From Octopus sinensis (taxonomy: Eukaryota), in NCBI RefSeq assembly GCF_006345805.1, contig NC_043001.1, positions 118,792,001 to 118,856,000 on the forward strand: a DNA stretch of 64,000 bases, written 5' to 3'. Below the pieces are notes generated by a model, which saw only the letters and a list, made by a program, of their open reading frames with translations, did not search any database and was not told the origin of the DNA. A program made the translations under genes and the position numbers. Positions within the stretch are counted from its first letter, which is position 1. Every line of letters starts with the position of its first letter. Shown here in pieces: positions 23,147 to 35,110 of this stretch.

Positions 23147-24171
23147 ATAGATCATCTTTATATATATATAAAGATGATCGTTCAATTCGTTGCTATTCGA
23201 AAGTTCTCGCTCGATCTTTCAGGTGATAATCTACTTTAGAACATGTATTGAGTACTCTTTCTAGTTTTTGTCAAACCAAATATGTGTGTGTGTGTGTTAA
23301 GTGGTGGGTTGGAGTTGTCCTAACACCAACAGAGTCGGCTTAGTTCGAATAGCAAAGGCAGAGACGAGAATAGATGGGCAAATGGAAGTGAAAGAGAAGA
23401 GAAAAGCTACGAACAAAATATTTGGAATACGTACCAATAAATGTCAATGTTATAAGTTAGCAAAATGACCAATAAACCATGTAGAGAAGGAGAATAGAGT
23501 GAGAGGGCATGAAGGGAAATAGTAAGATAGAGAGAGAGAGAGTTAGGTAGATAGATAGATAGATAGAGCTAAGCGGAGAGATGGGGAGGTAATGAGAGGT
23601 AGTTAGAGAAATAGATAGAGATGATAGAGAGAGAGAGTTGAGAGAAAGAGAAATGGGTAGATAGAAGGATAAATACGTGTGAAGAGAGATTGAGATGTGA
23701 GAGAGGGAGAGGCAGAGGAATGGAAAGCGATAGATAGATATGTAGGGGGGTGAAGTATGAGAGAGAGGGAGATAAGCAGATATGTAGAGAGAGAGGTAGA
23801 GAGAGAGAGAGAAGTGTTTCGCTGACAGAGATGTTTACATTTGTGACCAAGGAAGTGTGAATACAGAAGCGGTTTGACTTGTCTTCTTTCTTTCATTCAT
23901 TCGATTTCGACGCAAAACCCCGACACCATTTTCGTGGCCTCTTCTTGCAATGTTCCCTCATTTATCGTTTTTGTGGCAAAAATAAAAGAAATTATTTGGT
24001 GAATGTTAACAACATGGCCGCGTGCCCCCAGCATGCATTGCGCCGACGACATGGACGCCAGACTCGTTGCCAGCGAGTGGTAGCGGTGGTAGTAGAAGTA
24101 GTAAGTAAATGTAGTAGGAGGAGGGGAGAAGGGGAGTAGCAACATCATTGACAGTCGAAACAACGGAAACC

Positions 24172-24376
24172 TCTACGAGGTCTCTCGATATACTAGAAAT
24201 AGCAGCCAAATTCTTTCAAAACACACCCTAATATTCGCAGAACATTAGGAAAAGGACATGATAGATAATGTAGTACTGGATCCCATGCACATTAGGAATA
24301 GACTGATGGTCAGGGCTATAATGTTTTTGACCGCAGGTCTACTCAATCACGGCTGACTTGGGGTTAAACAACTGCA
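24172..24376 (+). repeat. Old dispersed repeat family E (ctagaaatagcagccaaa ... ggctgacttggggttaaacaac)
   Basis: Diverged copies at about 37530, 40685, 41945, 51270, 51712, 57000, 58490 (-) and 59275; CAA-rich tail suggests a retroposon. Confidence 0.5.
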
Positions 24377-25057
24377 ACGGAATGTCTACGTTGTCGCTTG
24401 AACAGGTGGAAATAGCAGCTATACTTCTTCTCTCAAATCGCACCTACGAACAATACGATCCCAGATACACCCAGAATGGCGTGATGGTGATGAATGCTTT
24501 TTTTTTTATCATATCTTGTTTTGCTCAGTCAGGACCAGCCTGGGACAGACACACCGCCACCAACACCAACAAACAATAACAGCAGCAGCAGTATATAAGG
24601 TATCTGTTACAAGAACAGCAATAACAATAGCGACGGTAACCACTTCAACAACTGTAGAAATAACTGCGGAAAATGTTTACCATTAGACTCATCTCGTTCT
24701 AAATGTGTGGTTTTACCTAATGAAAAAAATGATCTCCGATAGTTGTAATTAGATTCGTTCAAAGTACATAAAAAAACATAGCAAAAATAAATACATTTCA
24801 CCTTCAAAGTGAGACGAGTAATAACAACTACAAAAACAATGTCAAAACGGGACGAGCGACAGTGTTTCTAATCAGAGTAATATTTAGAAGAACTACAATA
24901 AACAGCAGCAAAAGAAGCAGCAGTTGGCGTTTCTATGGCAACTTGTCAACAGAATCGCTTGTAGCGGCCAGTCAGGCGTCAGAGAAACGAAAATTTTCTT
25001 TCCTAACACTCACCAAAAAAGAAAAAAAATTCGCTTCAGCACACGCATACACACACA

Positions 25058-25098
<41 letters not shown>

Positions 25099-25127
25099 AC
25101 ACACACACACACATTAACATATACATA

Positions 25128-26337
25128 CTGGTAATGGAAGAATTGGTGACGCGCATCCTCGATGATAGTGATGCTGTTGACATCGTTTTATTGGACTTTG
25201 CCAAAGCTTTTGACTCGGTAAACCACCGCCTATTACTTGTCAAGCTTCAAGCATATAGTTTCCATCCGGATATTGTACGATGGGTTGGTGCCTTCCTCTC
25301 AGATCGCTCCTTCCAAGTCCAAGTTAATGGTTCGCGGTCCGACGTCTCCAGTGCGAGCAGTGGCGTGCCTCAAGGTTCAGTGCTTGGGCCCTTATTGTTT
25401 TTAGTCTTCATAAATGACTTGCCCGACGACCTCACGCAACATACCCTTCTATTTGCCGACGATGTCAAACTGGTCGCTCCTCGCGGTGATATAGAGGATC
25501 TTCGTCGATGCCTCCACCAAATTTGGAGGTGGTCTAACGAATGGGACCTGTGTTTGAACGTGTCAAAGTGCTGTCATCTGCCTGTTGGCTCTCCTCCTGC
25601 AACTCAACTTGATTTCGAGCCGGGTCGTCTGCTGCTGGAGAGGACCGATCAGGTAAAGGACCTGGGTATCTTGGTCGATTCCTCCTTTTTGCCTTCGGTC
25701 CAGTGCGTCCATGCTGCCAACAAAGCACGCGGAGTTCTGTTCTTGATTCGACGGTCATTCGGAATGCTCACAGCAGCCATATTCCTACCACTCTATTGCA
25801 CGCTGGTGAGACCCATATTGGAGTACGGGATTCAAACCTCTTCTCCTTATCTCCTCAAAGACATACAGCATCTCGAAAGAGTCCAGAAGCTGGCTACCCG
25901 CATGGTTCATGGTCCCAAAAATTTGTCTTATGAAGAAAGGCTGAGGACGCTCGACCTTTATTCTCTAGAAAAACGCCGCCGCCGTGGTGATCTCATTCTC
26001 GCTCACAACATCATAAGCGGAAAGTGTAACCTCTCGAAAGAGCTGTTCTTCACTCCTGCTCCAGAGCGTCGGCTGCGGGGTCACTCCGAAAAGCTCTGCC
26101 TGCGACGATTTCATCTCAATCGAAGGAGAGGAGCTTTCTCCGTCCGGGTTGCGGATCCTGGAACAAGCTGCCAGACGAGATGGTGAAGATGCCGACGACC
26201 GCTTTGTTCAAAGTCTCCCTTGACCTCAAGTGGCCTGAACTCTTTACATGAACACCACCCTGTACATAACTCCATGTCCCTCTACATGGCCTTGCTATTT
26301 GCTTTTGAGCCAAAAATTAACTAACTAACTAACTAAC
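25128..26337 (+). mobile_element. 5'-truncated CR1-clade LINE with most of the RT domain
   Basis: LDFAKAFDSVNHRLL, SGVPQGSVLGPLLFLVFINDL, LFADDVKL; one frameshift near 26157; (TAAC)n tail; the upstream part of ORF 24924-26186 is read-through of a CA repeat. Confidence 0.95.
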
Positions 26338-26376
26338 ATATGAGCCAAAATAGAAAGCGTTACCAATATTAATGAT

Positions 26377-26661
26377 ATTATTTACAATTGACAGTTATTT
26401 GTCCTCATCTTGTTTGTTGTTAACACAACGTTTCGGCTGATATACCCTCCAGCCTTCATCAGGTGTCTTGGGGAATTTTCGAACCTGGGTTCTCATTCCT
26501 AAGGTATGAGAACCTAGGTTGGAAATTTTCCCAAGACACCTGATGAAGGCTGGAGAGTATATCAGCCGAAATGTTGTGTTAACAACAAACAAGATGAAGA
26601 CAAATATAGGTCAATTGTAAATAATGTACATAATTCCTCATCTCTTAAAAATAGAACTGTA
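26377..26661. mobile_element. Inverted pair of the HHR tail of the 19928-20325 family; HHR motifs at 26422-26467 (-) and 26535-26580 (+)
   Basis: Arms 26377-26496 / 26506-26625; minus strand gacac-CTGATGA-a-ggctg gagggtatat cagcc-GAAAC-GTT-gtgtt is intact. Confidence 0.8.
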
Positions 26662-26979
26662 GTATTAATGACATCAAATGTTGAAAGAATGGCCAGTGTG
26701 AAAGGACCAATTCTGAGCATAAAGAAATGAAAGAAGGGCTCTTGTCCAGTTGATCAGGCACCCGTGGCTTTTGTGGGCTTTTCCACGAGGACCTTTAAAG
26801 TACCTCCCCTATTAGGACTTTTACCTTGTTCAATTTTATTTATTTATTTATTGTTTACACGATGAAAACCCTTTGTCTCGTCTTGTGTTGTCTTTACGTT
26901 GTTTGCATATCCTTTAATGTTGTTTTATGTAAGCCCTTGTGGCTAATAAAAGAATGAATTAGTAATGACATCATTTAAA

Positions 26980-28440
26980 ACGGTGAGCTGGCAGAATCGT
27001 TAGCATGCCGAGCAAACTTAGCAGCAACTCGTCCGTTTTTACGTTCTGAGTTCAAATTCCACCGAAGTCGACTTTGCCTTTCATCCTTTCGGGGTCAATA
27101 AATTAAGGACCAGTGAATCACTGGAATCGACTAGTCTTCTCCTCACAAATTCCAGGCCTTGTGCCTTTAGTAGAAAGGATTATTTATGACATCATTTAAG
27201 CCTGCGAGCTGTTAGAATCGTTATCTTGCCGGGCAAAGATGCTTGGCGGTATTTCGACCGTCTTTACGTTGTGAGTTCAAATTCCGCCGAGGTCGACTTT
27301 GCCTTTCATCCTTTAGAGATCGATAAAATAAGTACCAGTTGAGTACTGAGATCGATGTAATCGACTATCTCCCTTCACCAAATTTCAGGCCTTGTGTTTA
27401 TAGTAATCCTATAGGATTATTAATGACATCAAAAATGTGGCGAGCTGGCATTATCGTAATCACACCTGACAAAATGCTTTTGACCGACAGATTAAAAAAA
27501 TATTTTTTTGTAACTAAACACTTTCGAACTTCGGACACAGGTAGAATGTGTCATATAAAACATCTTTTACCCTTAGCATTTTTGAGAAAGCTTATATTTA
27601 CGAAGTTATTTCACGTTAAAGTAGTCGTATTTCGGTAATTTCAACCAATCAATGACGTGTATTCAGCTGAATAAAATTACTGCGGTTGTTTGTCAACAAG
27701 AACTTCCGGCGGTGTATATTTCGTTTGTCACTGTTATTTATGACAACCCTAACCCTAAAACCCTAACCCTAACACCCTAGCCCTAAAACCCTAACCCTAA
27801 CCCTAAAACCCTAACCTTAAAACCCTCAAGTTAAAACCTGTACAAACGCACGATATCATAAATAACAGTGACAAACGAAAAACCCACTGCCGATAGTTTT
27901 TGTTGACTAACAACAGCAGTAATTTTATTCAGCGGAATACACGTCATTGATTGGTTGAAATTACCGAAATACGACTACTTTATCATGAAATAACTTCGTA
28001 AATATAATCTTTCTCAAAAATGCTAAGAGTAAAAGATGTTTTATATGACACATTCTACCAGTGTCCGAAGTTCGAAAGTGTTTAGTTACAAAAAATTATT
28101 TTTTAAATCTCTCGGTCAAACGGTAAAGATCCTCGGCATTTCCTCCGGCTCCTTACGTTTCGAATTCAATTACCACTGAGGTCCATTTTATCTTTTATCC
28201 TTTTAGGATGGGTAGAATAAGTACCAGTCAAGTTATTGGGATCAACTAAACCCTCGCCTCAGAATTTCAGACCTTATGTATTTTGAACAAAATATTATTA
28301 ACAGGCCATTAAGGTGACAGGTTGGCCGAACAAACGCTTAGCGACATTTCTTCCGACTCGTTCTGAGCTCAAATACCGCGGAGATCGGTTTTACCTTTCA
28401 TCCTTTCGGGAAAGATAAAATAATTACCAGTTGAACAATG
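26980..28440 (+). mobile_element. Four head-to-tail SINE family B copies (starts about 26980, 27200, 27437, 28310)
   Basis: Repeated gagctggcagaatcg head and cctttcatcc...accag domain; the third and fourth copies are interrupted by DNA elements. Confidence 0.8.
27478..28132. mobile_element. Foldback Merlin-like MITE: about 265-bp TIRs around a (CCCTAA/CCCTAAAA)n core
   Basis: Arms 27478-27743 / about 27856-28120; right end ggtcaaacggtaaagatcc; arms share sequence with the 20813 family. Confidence 0.8.
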
Positions 28441-29864
28441 TTTTTTTTTCCTATTGAAGTGGCAATGTTCTGTTTCTTAAAATTTTGTTCCAGTTGTTTC
28501 AAATTTGGTTTACTGATTTAATTGTGTATACTAATTATGAAAATGAAATCTTTTTTTGTCATAAATTAACAATTAAAAAGGAAGCACGCAGCTCGGATAA
28601 CGGACAGAGTCAACGACTATTGGAAAAGTTGCAAAAATAAATGAGTAAATGTGTGAAAACTTTACCGGTGAGTATGTTAAATAATAAGACACTAAAAGAG
28701 AATGACTCTCCCCAGACACAACAAAATATACTTCAACACACGAACTCACATAAAGAATCTTGCAAACCAAATCCAAAAACAGTTAAAAAGTTAATAGCTT
28801 TAAAAGTTTGCAAATTTTGGGTAATTTTACCCGATCGAAAGCCAGACATATTGGTGCCTATTTCCATAATAACAAGCAAAGCTGTAGTCTACTTAAACAA
28901 CCACAGTGTGTACTTTCTTTACCTGTGTTTTTTTCTTTGACGAATGCCTATTTCTGAACCTTTCTACCTCATTTTCTTCATTTTAACCTTTTTTTTTGAG
29001 AAACGGATATTTTCAGTTGCTGTCTTATTTTTATAATTTTGAATTGTGTGTTTTCCTGGACCTTTTCAACCTAAATACAAGTGTGACAGTAGCCAACTAG
29101 TTTAACCTTTCGAGTATGATGGAGAAAATGAAAACCGAGGAGGATGCAATTTCTTACTTTCAAAAGACAGGTATTATTCCCAAATGAAAAATGCGTAAAG
29201 AAAGGCTTACCACCGTGTATCGTGTTCTTTTATATTATATAATTTCTTGGACGAGTCAAATTGTAACTCAAACCCTAATCCTAAGCCCTAATCGTGACCA
29301 TAAACCCTAACCCTAAATCCAAAGCCTAAGCCTAAACCCTAACTCTAATCCTAAACCCTATCCTTAACTTTAAGCCTTATCCTTAACCTTAAACCCTAAA
29401 CTTAGCCCTAACCCTAAATCCTAACGTGTAGTCTTTTTCGTTTTTGTAATTTTTCGCAAAATATTTCGTGGAGGATTGTTTCCTATTTAAATTATTCACA
29501 TATATATATGTTCGACCCTTTCACATGACTTTATTCATTAAAACTTCAAAACTTCTTACAACTTTCGTCGTCGTAATGATTTACTTTAATTTAGTTTAAT
29601 AAAAATTCGTCGTCATAATGTTTTTGTTTTCATTTTGTGATAGACATCTATCACGCAGAAAATGCCAGCTTCCAAATCCTGTTTTCTAATAGGATAAAAA
29701 TAATCAAACTTTAAACCTTTGTTACACTATCATAAAAAATTTCAGGAACATACATATGAGTAACAAAATCGGATTCAGCGTAAAAAATTACATGAATATA
29801 CCAAATTTGAAAATTTTTACTTACTTTAAAATGTCAAAATCTGTGACAGCAACAGAAAAGATCC
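28441..29864 (+). mobile_element. Merlin-like deletion derivative with transposase N-terminal remnant (29101-29205) and degenerate (CCCTAA)n (29270-29425)
   Basis: FNLSSMMEKMKTEEDAISYFQKTGIIPK*; right TIR gacagcaacagaaaagatcc with a matching ggatattttcagttgctgtc at 29005; splits a SINE B with gaaca on both sides. Confidence 0.6.
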
Positions 29865-30364
29865 GAACATTTGGGATCGATATAATCGACCGGCCCCTCT
29901 CCGACAAAATGTCAGGCCCTGTGCCTATAGAAGAAAGGATTATTATTTTTATCATCGAATCTTACATGTCATTTATGAATCTGTCAAACAGAAGTTGTTC
30001 ATAGGGATTCCTTAATTTTATTTTCGATGTTAGTTTGGATTCCAATATAAATCTGGATTATATTCACAGCCACATAAAGGCATAACGAGGGGTTGCTAGT
30101 CGTTCCCCAGCCTTTGGAATAAAAGTATAGGGATGCAAAGTTCCCTTTGGCTTACCGCGTCTGTCAGTTAAAGTTAGGTCGTCAAAAGTGTCCGTACATC
30201 TCCGAGCTCTAAAAATCATTGTCACGCTACTAGTGTCACACACTCTAACATATAATAATATGAAACAATTGTGGCTATGGCTTTCAATTTCTCATATTGG
30301 CACAAGGCTGGAAAAATAGGTGAGTTAGTCATTAATAACGACCCCAAAACTTGGCTGGTATCTT

Positions 30365-30750
30365 TTATCTTTTACTTGTTTCAGTCATTAGATTGCGGTG
30401 ATGCTGGGGCACCGCCTTGAAGGGTTTTAGTCGAACGAATCGAACCCCAGGACTTATTTTCATAAGCCTGGTACTTACTCTATCAGTCTCTTTTTGTCGA
30501 ACCGCTAATTTATGATGACATAAACAAATCGACGCCGGTTCTGCAGCAGTGGTGGGAGACAAACACAAAGACACACACAAACAAAAACACACGCTCGCGA
30601 AGGGTTCTTCCAGTTTCCGTCTACCAAATCCACTAATAAGACCTTGATCATTAATAGAAATGAAAGCCAAAGTTGATCTCAGTGGTATTTGAACTCGGGA
30701 CGTAAAGAACAGGGACAAATACTACAAAACATTATGCCTACACACAAGCG
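30365..30750 (-). mobile_element. SINE A tail joined to a SINE B head
   Basis: tcttttacttgtttcagtca...gtttccgtctaccaaatccact, then atgaaagccaaagttgatctc...tttgaactc. Confidence 0.7.
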
Positions 30751-31109
30751 ACTTTGTGATCCGATCCTCAAACCATTTTGTCATATTTCTTTGGAAAACA
30801 TACTCTGTTATAGCTTTGTTAGGCTCTACGCAAACAAACTAGTGGAGACGAGAAGACATTTATCAAAGGTTTATTACTTTACGTACCTCAGGGCTTAAGT
30901 GGTCATTTATTTCCGTTTAGTTCACTCAGAATCGTTTCACACTCACTGTTGACATTCTTTTGTTTTTCTCCTACCGGAAGTCCCTTTTGTCTTCTTGCTG
31001 ACCCACTTCCGAGCTAGCCCGCAGCGAAGTTTCTGTCTATAATTAGTCTCACGAATTCTGCCCTACACTCTGAAGAATTTAGTAAAATAACTTTGTCATT
31101 ATTAAGGTG

Positions 31110-31498
31110 GGATCTTTTCGGTTTGAACGGCAGTTTTTTCTAGCTGCGTCATAAGAAATTGTCACCCATAATTATGACCCTAGTATCGATCTATTGCATT
31201 TCAATCTGTTTTAGGGTTAGGGTTAGTTAGGATTAGGGTTAGGGTTAGGGTTAGGGGGAAGGGTATCTTTTTTTCTTCACAAATGTAAATAAACCCAATC
31301 TGTTTCTTAAACGAGTGACATATTCATATGGCACAGAATGTTTTCACCTCAATAGACGTCATTGATTGGCTGAAATTGCAGAAATTGAAGAAAAAAACAA
31401 CAAATATCTTACAAACTATAGAAGTTTTATACGAAGTTTGAAAGTGTTTAGTTACCTAGAAATTATGTTAAAAACTGCCGTTCAAACCGAAAAGATCC
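31110..31498. mobile_element. Merlin-like MITE with TTAGGG repeats, copy 2
   Basis: Perfect TIRs ggatcttttcggtttgaacggcagttttt / aaaaactgccgttcaaaccgaaaagatcc; flanking direct repeat taaggtg. Confidence 0.85.
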
Positions 31499-32286
31499 TA
31501 AGGTGTTATTTGAAAAAAACTCCCAAAAAAGCTTGAAATATGAGGGAAGATTTTAATTTTGATGACTTTAAAACAGGAAATTTGTATCATAGAACCAGGA
31601 ACGGTCTCAGGCGGGTTGATATTCACTCCTTCATGCAAATCTGCTACTCCAGACGAACGAACTTAATAAAATTACTATCAGTTAATCTCTGCAATTTCAA
31701 CTACTTCCCACATGAGTAGAGTTGTCGTGATCTTAATCTGTATTGATACCACACGGGGAATGGTTTGTAGCAGTGACGGAGAAAGGTCATCAACTAACCA
31801 AATTAAGTTTGCAAGAACGTAAAAAAGAAACATCATTTGAATAGATTATGAGTTTGAGGAGTGAGATGAAATAAACCTGATAGTTTTCTCAACAAGGAAG
31901 GAATACTGGAAAATTGTGAACCCTTACTTTACAAATTCAAAAAATAATTCAGTTTATTGAGAAGGTCGTACATTGGTACTTGGAATGAAAAACATGCAGT
32001 ATTTGTTCCGGCTCTTTGCGTTTTAAGTTTAAATTCCGCTGTGTTCTGTTTAGGCAGTAGACTTAATCGGTCACTCAGTTTAGCATCACCACATGGTTCT
32101 AAGGTGTTTTTAGTGGAGCCAAATTTGTTGCAAGCATTCAGTCAAGGTTTCCGATTTAGAGAAATCTTTCCCCTCTCCTTCCTACCCTGAAATGGGTCAT
32201 GGGCACCACCTTCTCTTTTAAGCGATAAAAAACGAGATGGCGTTTGCACTGATTATGTACACTATATAAAAAAGATTCATCTGCAG

Positions 32287-32302
32287 ATTATTATTATTAT
32301 TA

Positions 32303-32338
<36 letters not shown>

Positions 32339-32396
32339 TATTATTATTAATATTATTATTATTATTATTATTTATTATTATTACTATTATTATTAC

Positions 32397-32450
<54 letters not shown>

Positions 32451-32461
32451 CATTACTATTA

Positions 32462-32501
<40 letters not shown>

Positions 32502-32512
32502 CATTACTATTA

Positions 32513-32554
<42 letters not shown>

Positions 32555-32586
32555 TATTATTAATATTATTATTATTATTATTATTA

Positions 32587-32642
<56 letters not shown>
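32287..32642. repeat. (ATT)n microsatellite
   Basis: Direct inspection. Confidence 0.95.
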
Positions 32643-32646
<4 letters not shown>

Positions 32647-33287
32647 ATGGCTAAAGGTGGTGGATTGACAGAACCGTTAAAGTGCCGGATCTTTACTTTT
32701 TGAGTTCAAGTTTCGCTGAGATCATCGTTGTCTTTCATCCTTCGGGAGACGATAAAATAAAATACCAGTCGAGTACCAAGGTCTATTTAAATGGCTAATA
32801 TACCCTGTGCCTATATTGGAAAGAACTACGAAAGGTAGCAGACTGGCAAGATCGTTAAGCGCCGGACAAAAGTATTTGCATTTTGTGGGCTTTTGCGGTT
32901 GGTCGAAATTCAAACCTTGTTAGGGTCGGCTTTGCCTTCCACTTTCTGTCAGTGAGCCTGTGTAAAAACTTATTTATTTGTCTGTTACAAATTGAAAAAA
33001 TAAAAAGGAGAAAAAGTAGCACCCATGGATACAAAGAAGGAATCAACCTCGGTCTCTATTTCTGAATTGAATTACGAAGTAAAACGATCCACTCTGAAGA
33101 AATATACTCACATAATAAATATGTAATGTTATGTAGCTGGCAAGCTTAATTAAGCTGCAGAGTCTAAAAATCTTAGTACGCAAGGGTCATCTTAGAAACT
33201 ACCATTATTTATAGTGTGAAAACAAACTATATTGCAACCTCCCCATTGCCTTCATAACCGGGTTCCAGTATGTCTTGTCGTGTCCGG

Positions 33288-33359
<72 letters not shown>

Positions 33360-33689
33360 GCACATTGGCATACAAAGAGATTTATTACTTATATTCAAGG
33401 AAGAGGAGAAGTGTAGTATTGCTGTATATATTCTCTACTGGGAAGAAAAAAAATTATTCCTGCTTTTAGTGACGAAATTCTTTTCAATAGAGAAACGGTG
33501 CCAACAGGGGAAAGAAAGGCAAACATTTTTTTATATTATGAACATTTGCCAAAATAACATTAATAACTTTTATAATTTCGACCTATCATGAATAATGTCA
33601 ATAGAGAAATAAGAACGTGAATGTAGACACGTGAAATTTATGGTGACAGTAGCAGTTCTGTCTCGAAAAATAGATTAGAACAACGATGG

Positions 33690-35110
33690 AGAAAACAATG
33701 CGCGAACTGTAGTTCATTCAGTTTGTCGTAGTCTTAAGACTGATCGACCAACTCTATTTGTCTGTGAGGTATGGAATGGATTTCCAGAATGCATCAGTGC
33801 GTACTTTGAAAAATCGTCGTCGGTCATCCAGGTCATATTTAGACAGAATATTCATTTGATTAGTTGTCAGAATAGTAAAGATATATTATTGGCAAGATAG
33901 CTCAAGTTTGTGATATGTAATGGTCAACTTACATAAGACGTGCAGAAAGGCGTCGGATGTTGGCAGCTGACTGTGTCGTTTCTTCGCACGTAAAACCTAC
34001 AAATGCGAAACTGACAAACTGTAATTGACGGAGGTTACTGCAACTAATAAATGGTAGGGAGTTGGTTGGTAGAATGGGAGAGGAATGAAGGAAAATGTCA
34101 AAACCCATTTGCTGATGGTGAGATTGGTCTTTGACCATTCATTATTCATGATAAAATGCATGCTCCAAGACACGAAGGCACGAAAGCCGTTGATTGATTC
34201 TGAGTGGAAATGATTCAACGTGGCAATAAAACTACTTTACGGTGTTTGACAGACCATTGTAGATTTGTGGTATCCATTTTCTAGCAGGTGCTTGGGGAAG
34301 AAGCGAACTGGAAATGGTAATCGTTTGAGTCTTCAAGGATAGTTTATGACAACTGTCTCAACAGAAAAGTTAAAGCACAGAGAATGAAGCCGTAACAGTA
34401 TCTGACAAGTCAAACGAACACAATTCGAAAGGATTTGTTTGCTCAAGTTTTAGTTGACGTGTGCTGTAACGGAAAGTAGATTGGGAAATTTCCCAGCTGT
34501 GTGATTCAGAGTATAGTGGTTCCGCCGAAGAACGATGCAGTGACAGAATTTTACTTCACAATTTATGCTCTATGCAAAGATAAAATTTTCAGCTGATATA
34601 CTACCCAAGTGTTTACAGTTCTTCCTTGATATGTTGTTGGAGCCATACAAACATCCACAATTTACGGGAGATCTTTCCATAAGAAACCCATCATCATTTG
34701 ACTGGATACATTTAGTTAGTTTTGGTGAAACCCTGATCCATTTAGAGTTGTTGAATGCGTCTCAAGGGACTGATTATTGCTGTCCTAAAGCGACCAGTTC
34801 CATTTTCAGAGATTGAATCACAGTATTTTACAGTAGCATCTGTTCAGTGATGAGAGTTAATGGCCATATATCGGAATCTTTCGGCATCATCAGCTCGGTT
34901 TGTCAAAGTTCGTTTCCCTCTCTCGTCGTTTCTGTCTGTTTTAGTTTTGTGTCCTTATTGACAATAGTGGGCAACTGGCACAAAAGGTTAGTGTCTGCAT
35001 CCGTGGACAACCTCAGAAATTGAACTGATCTGCATCTGAGACTGATGGGAGGAAGGAAGGTAGCCTCCTGAGTGGTTTCACGATCAAATGAGAACAGATT
35101 AGCCACCTAT
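33690..35110 (-). pseudogene. Very old CR1/L2-like LINE remnant
   Basis: Minus-strand scraps LPPI..SD (endonuclease end), RNFDK, KWI and RTDAFWKS (C-terminus); weak. Confidence 0.4.

Noticed and set aside
23151-23179. Short palindrome gatcatctttatatatatataaagatgatc
   Set aside because: Mostly self-complementary TA repeat; possibly two abutting element ends, but not assignable
27745-27830. True telomere or chromosome fusion site
   Set aside because: Short, degenerate and enclosed by transposon TIRs
30806-31067. Possible solo LTR (TG...CA, flanking actctg repeat)
   Set aside because: Single copy in the window and TSD register is ambiguous
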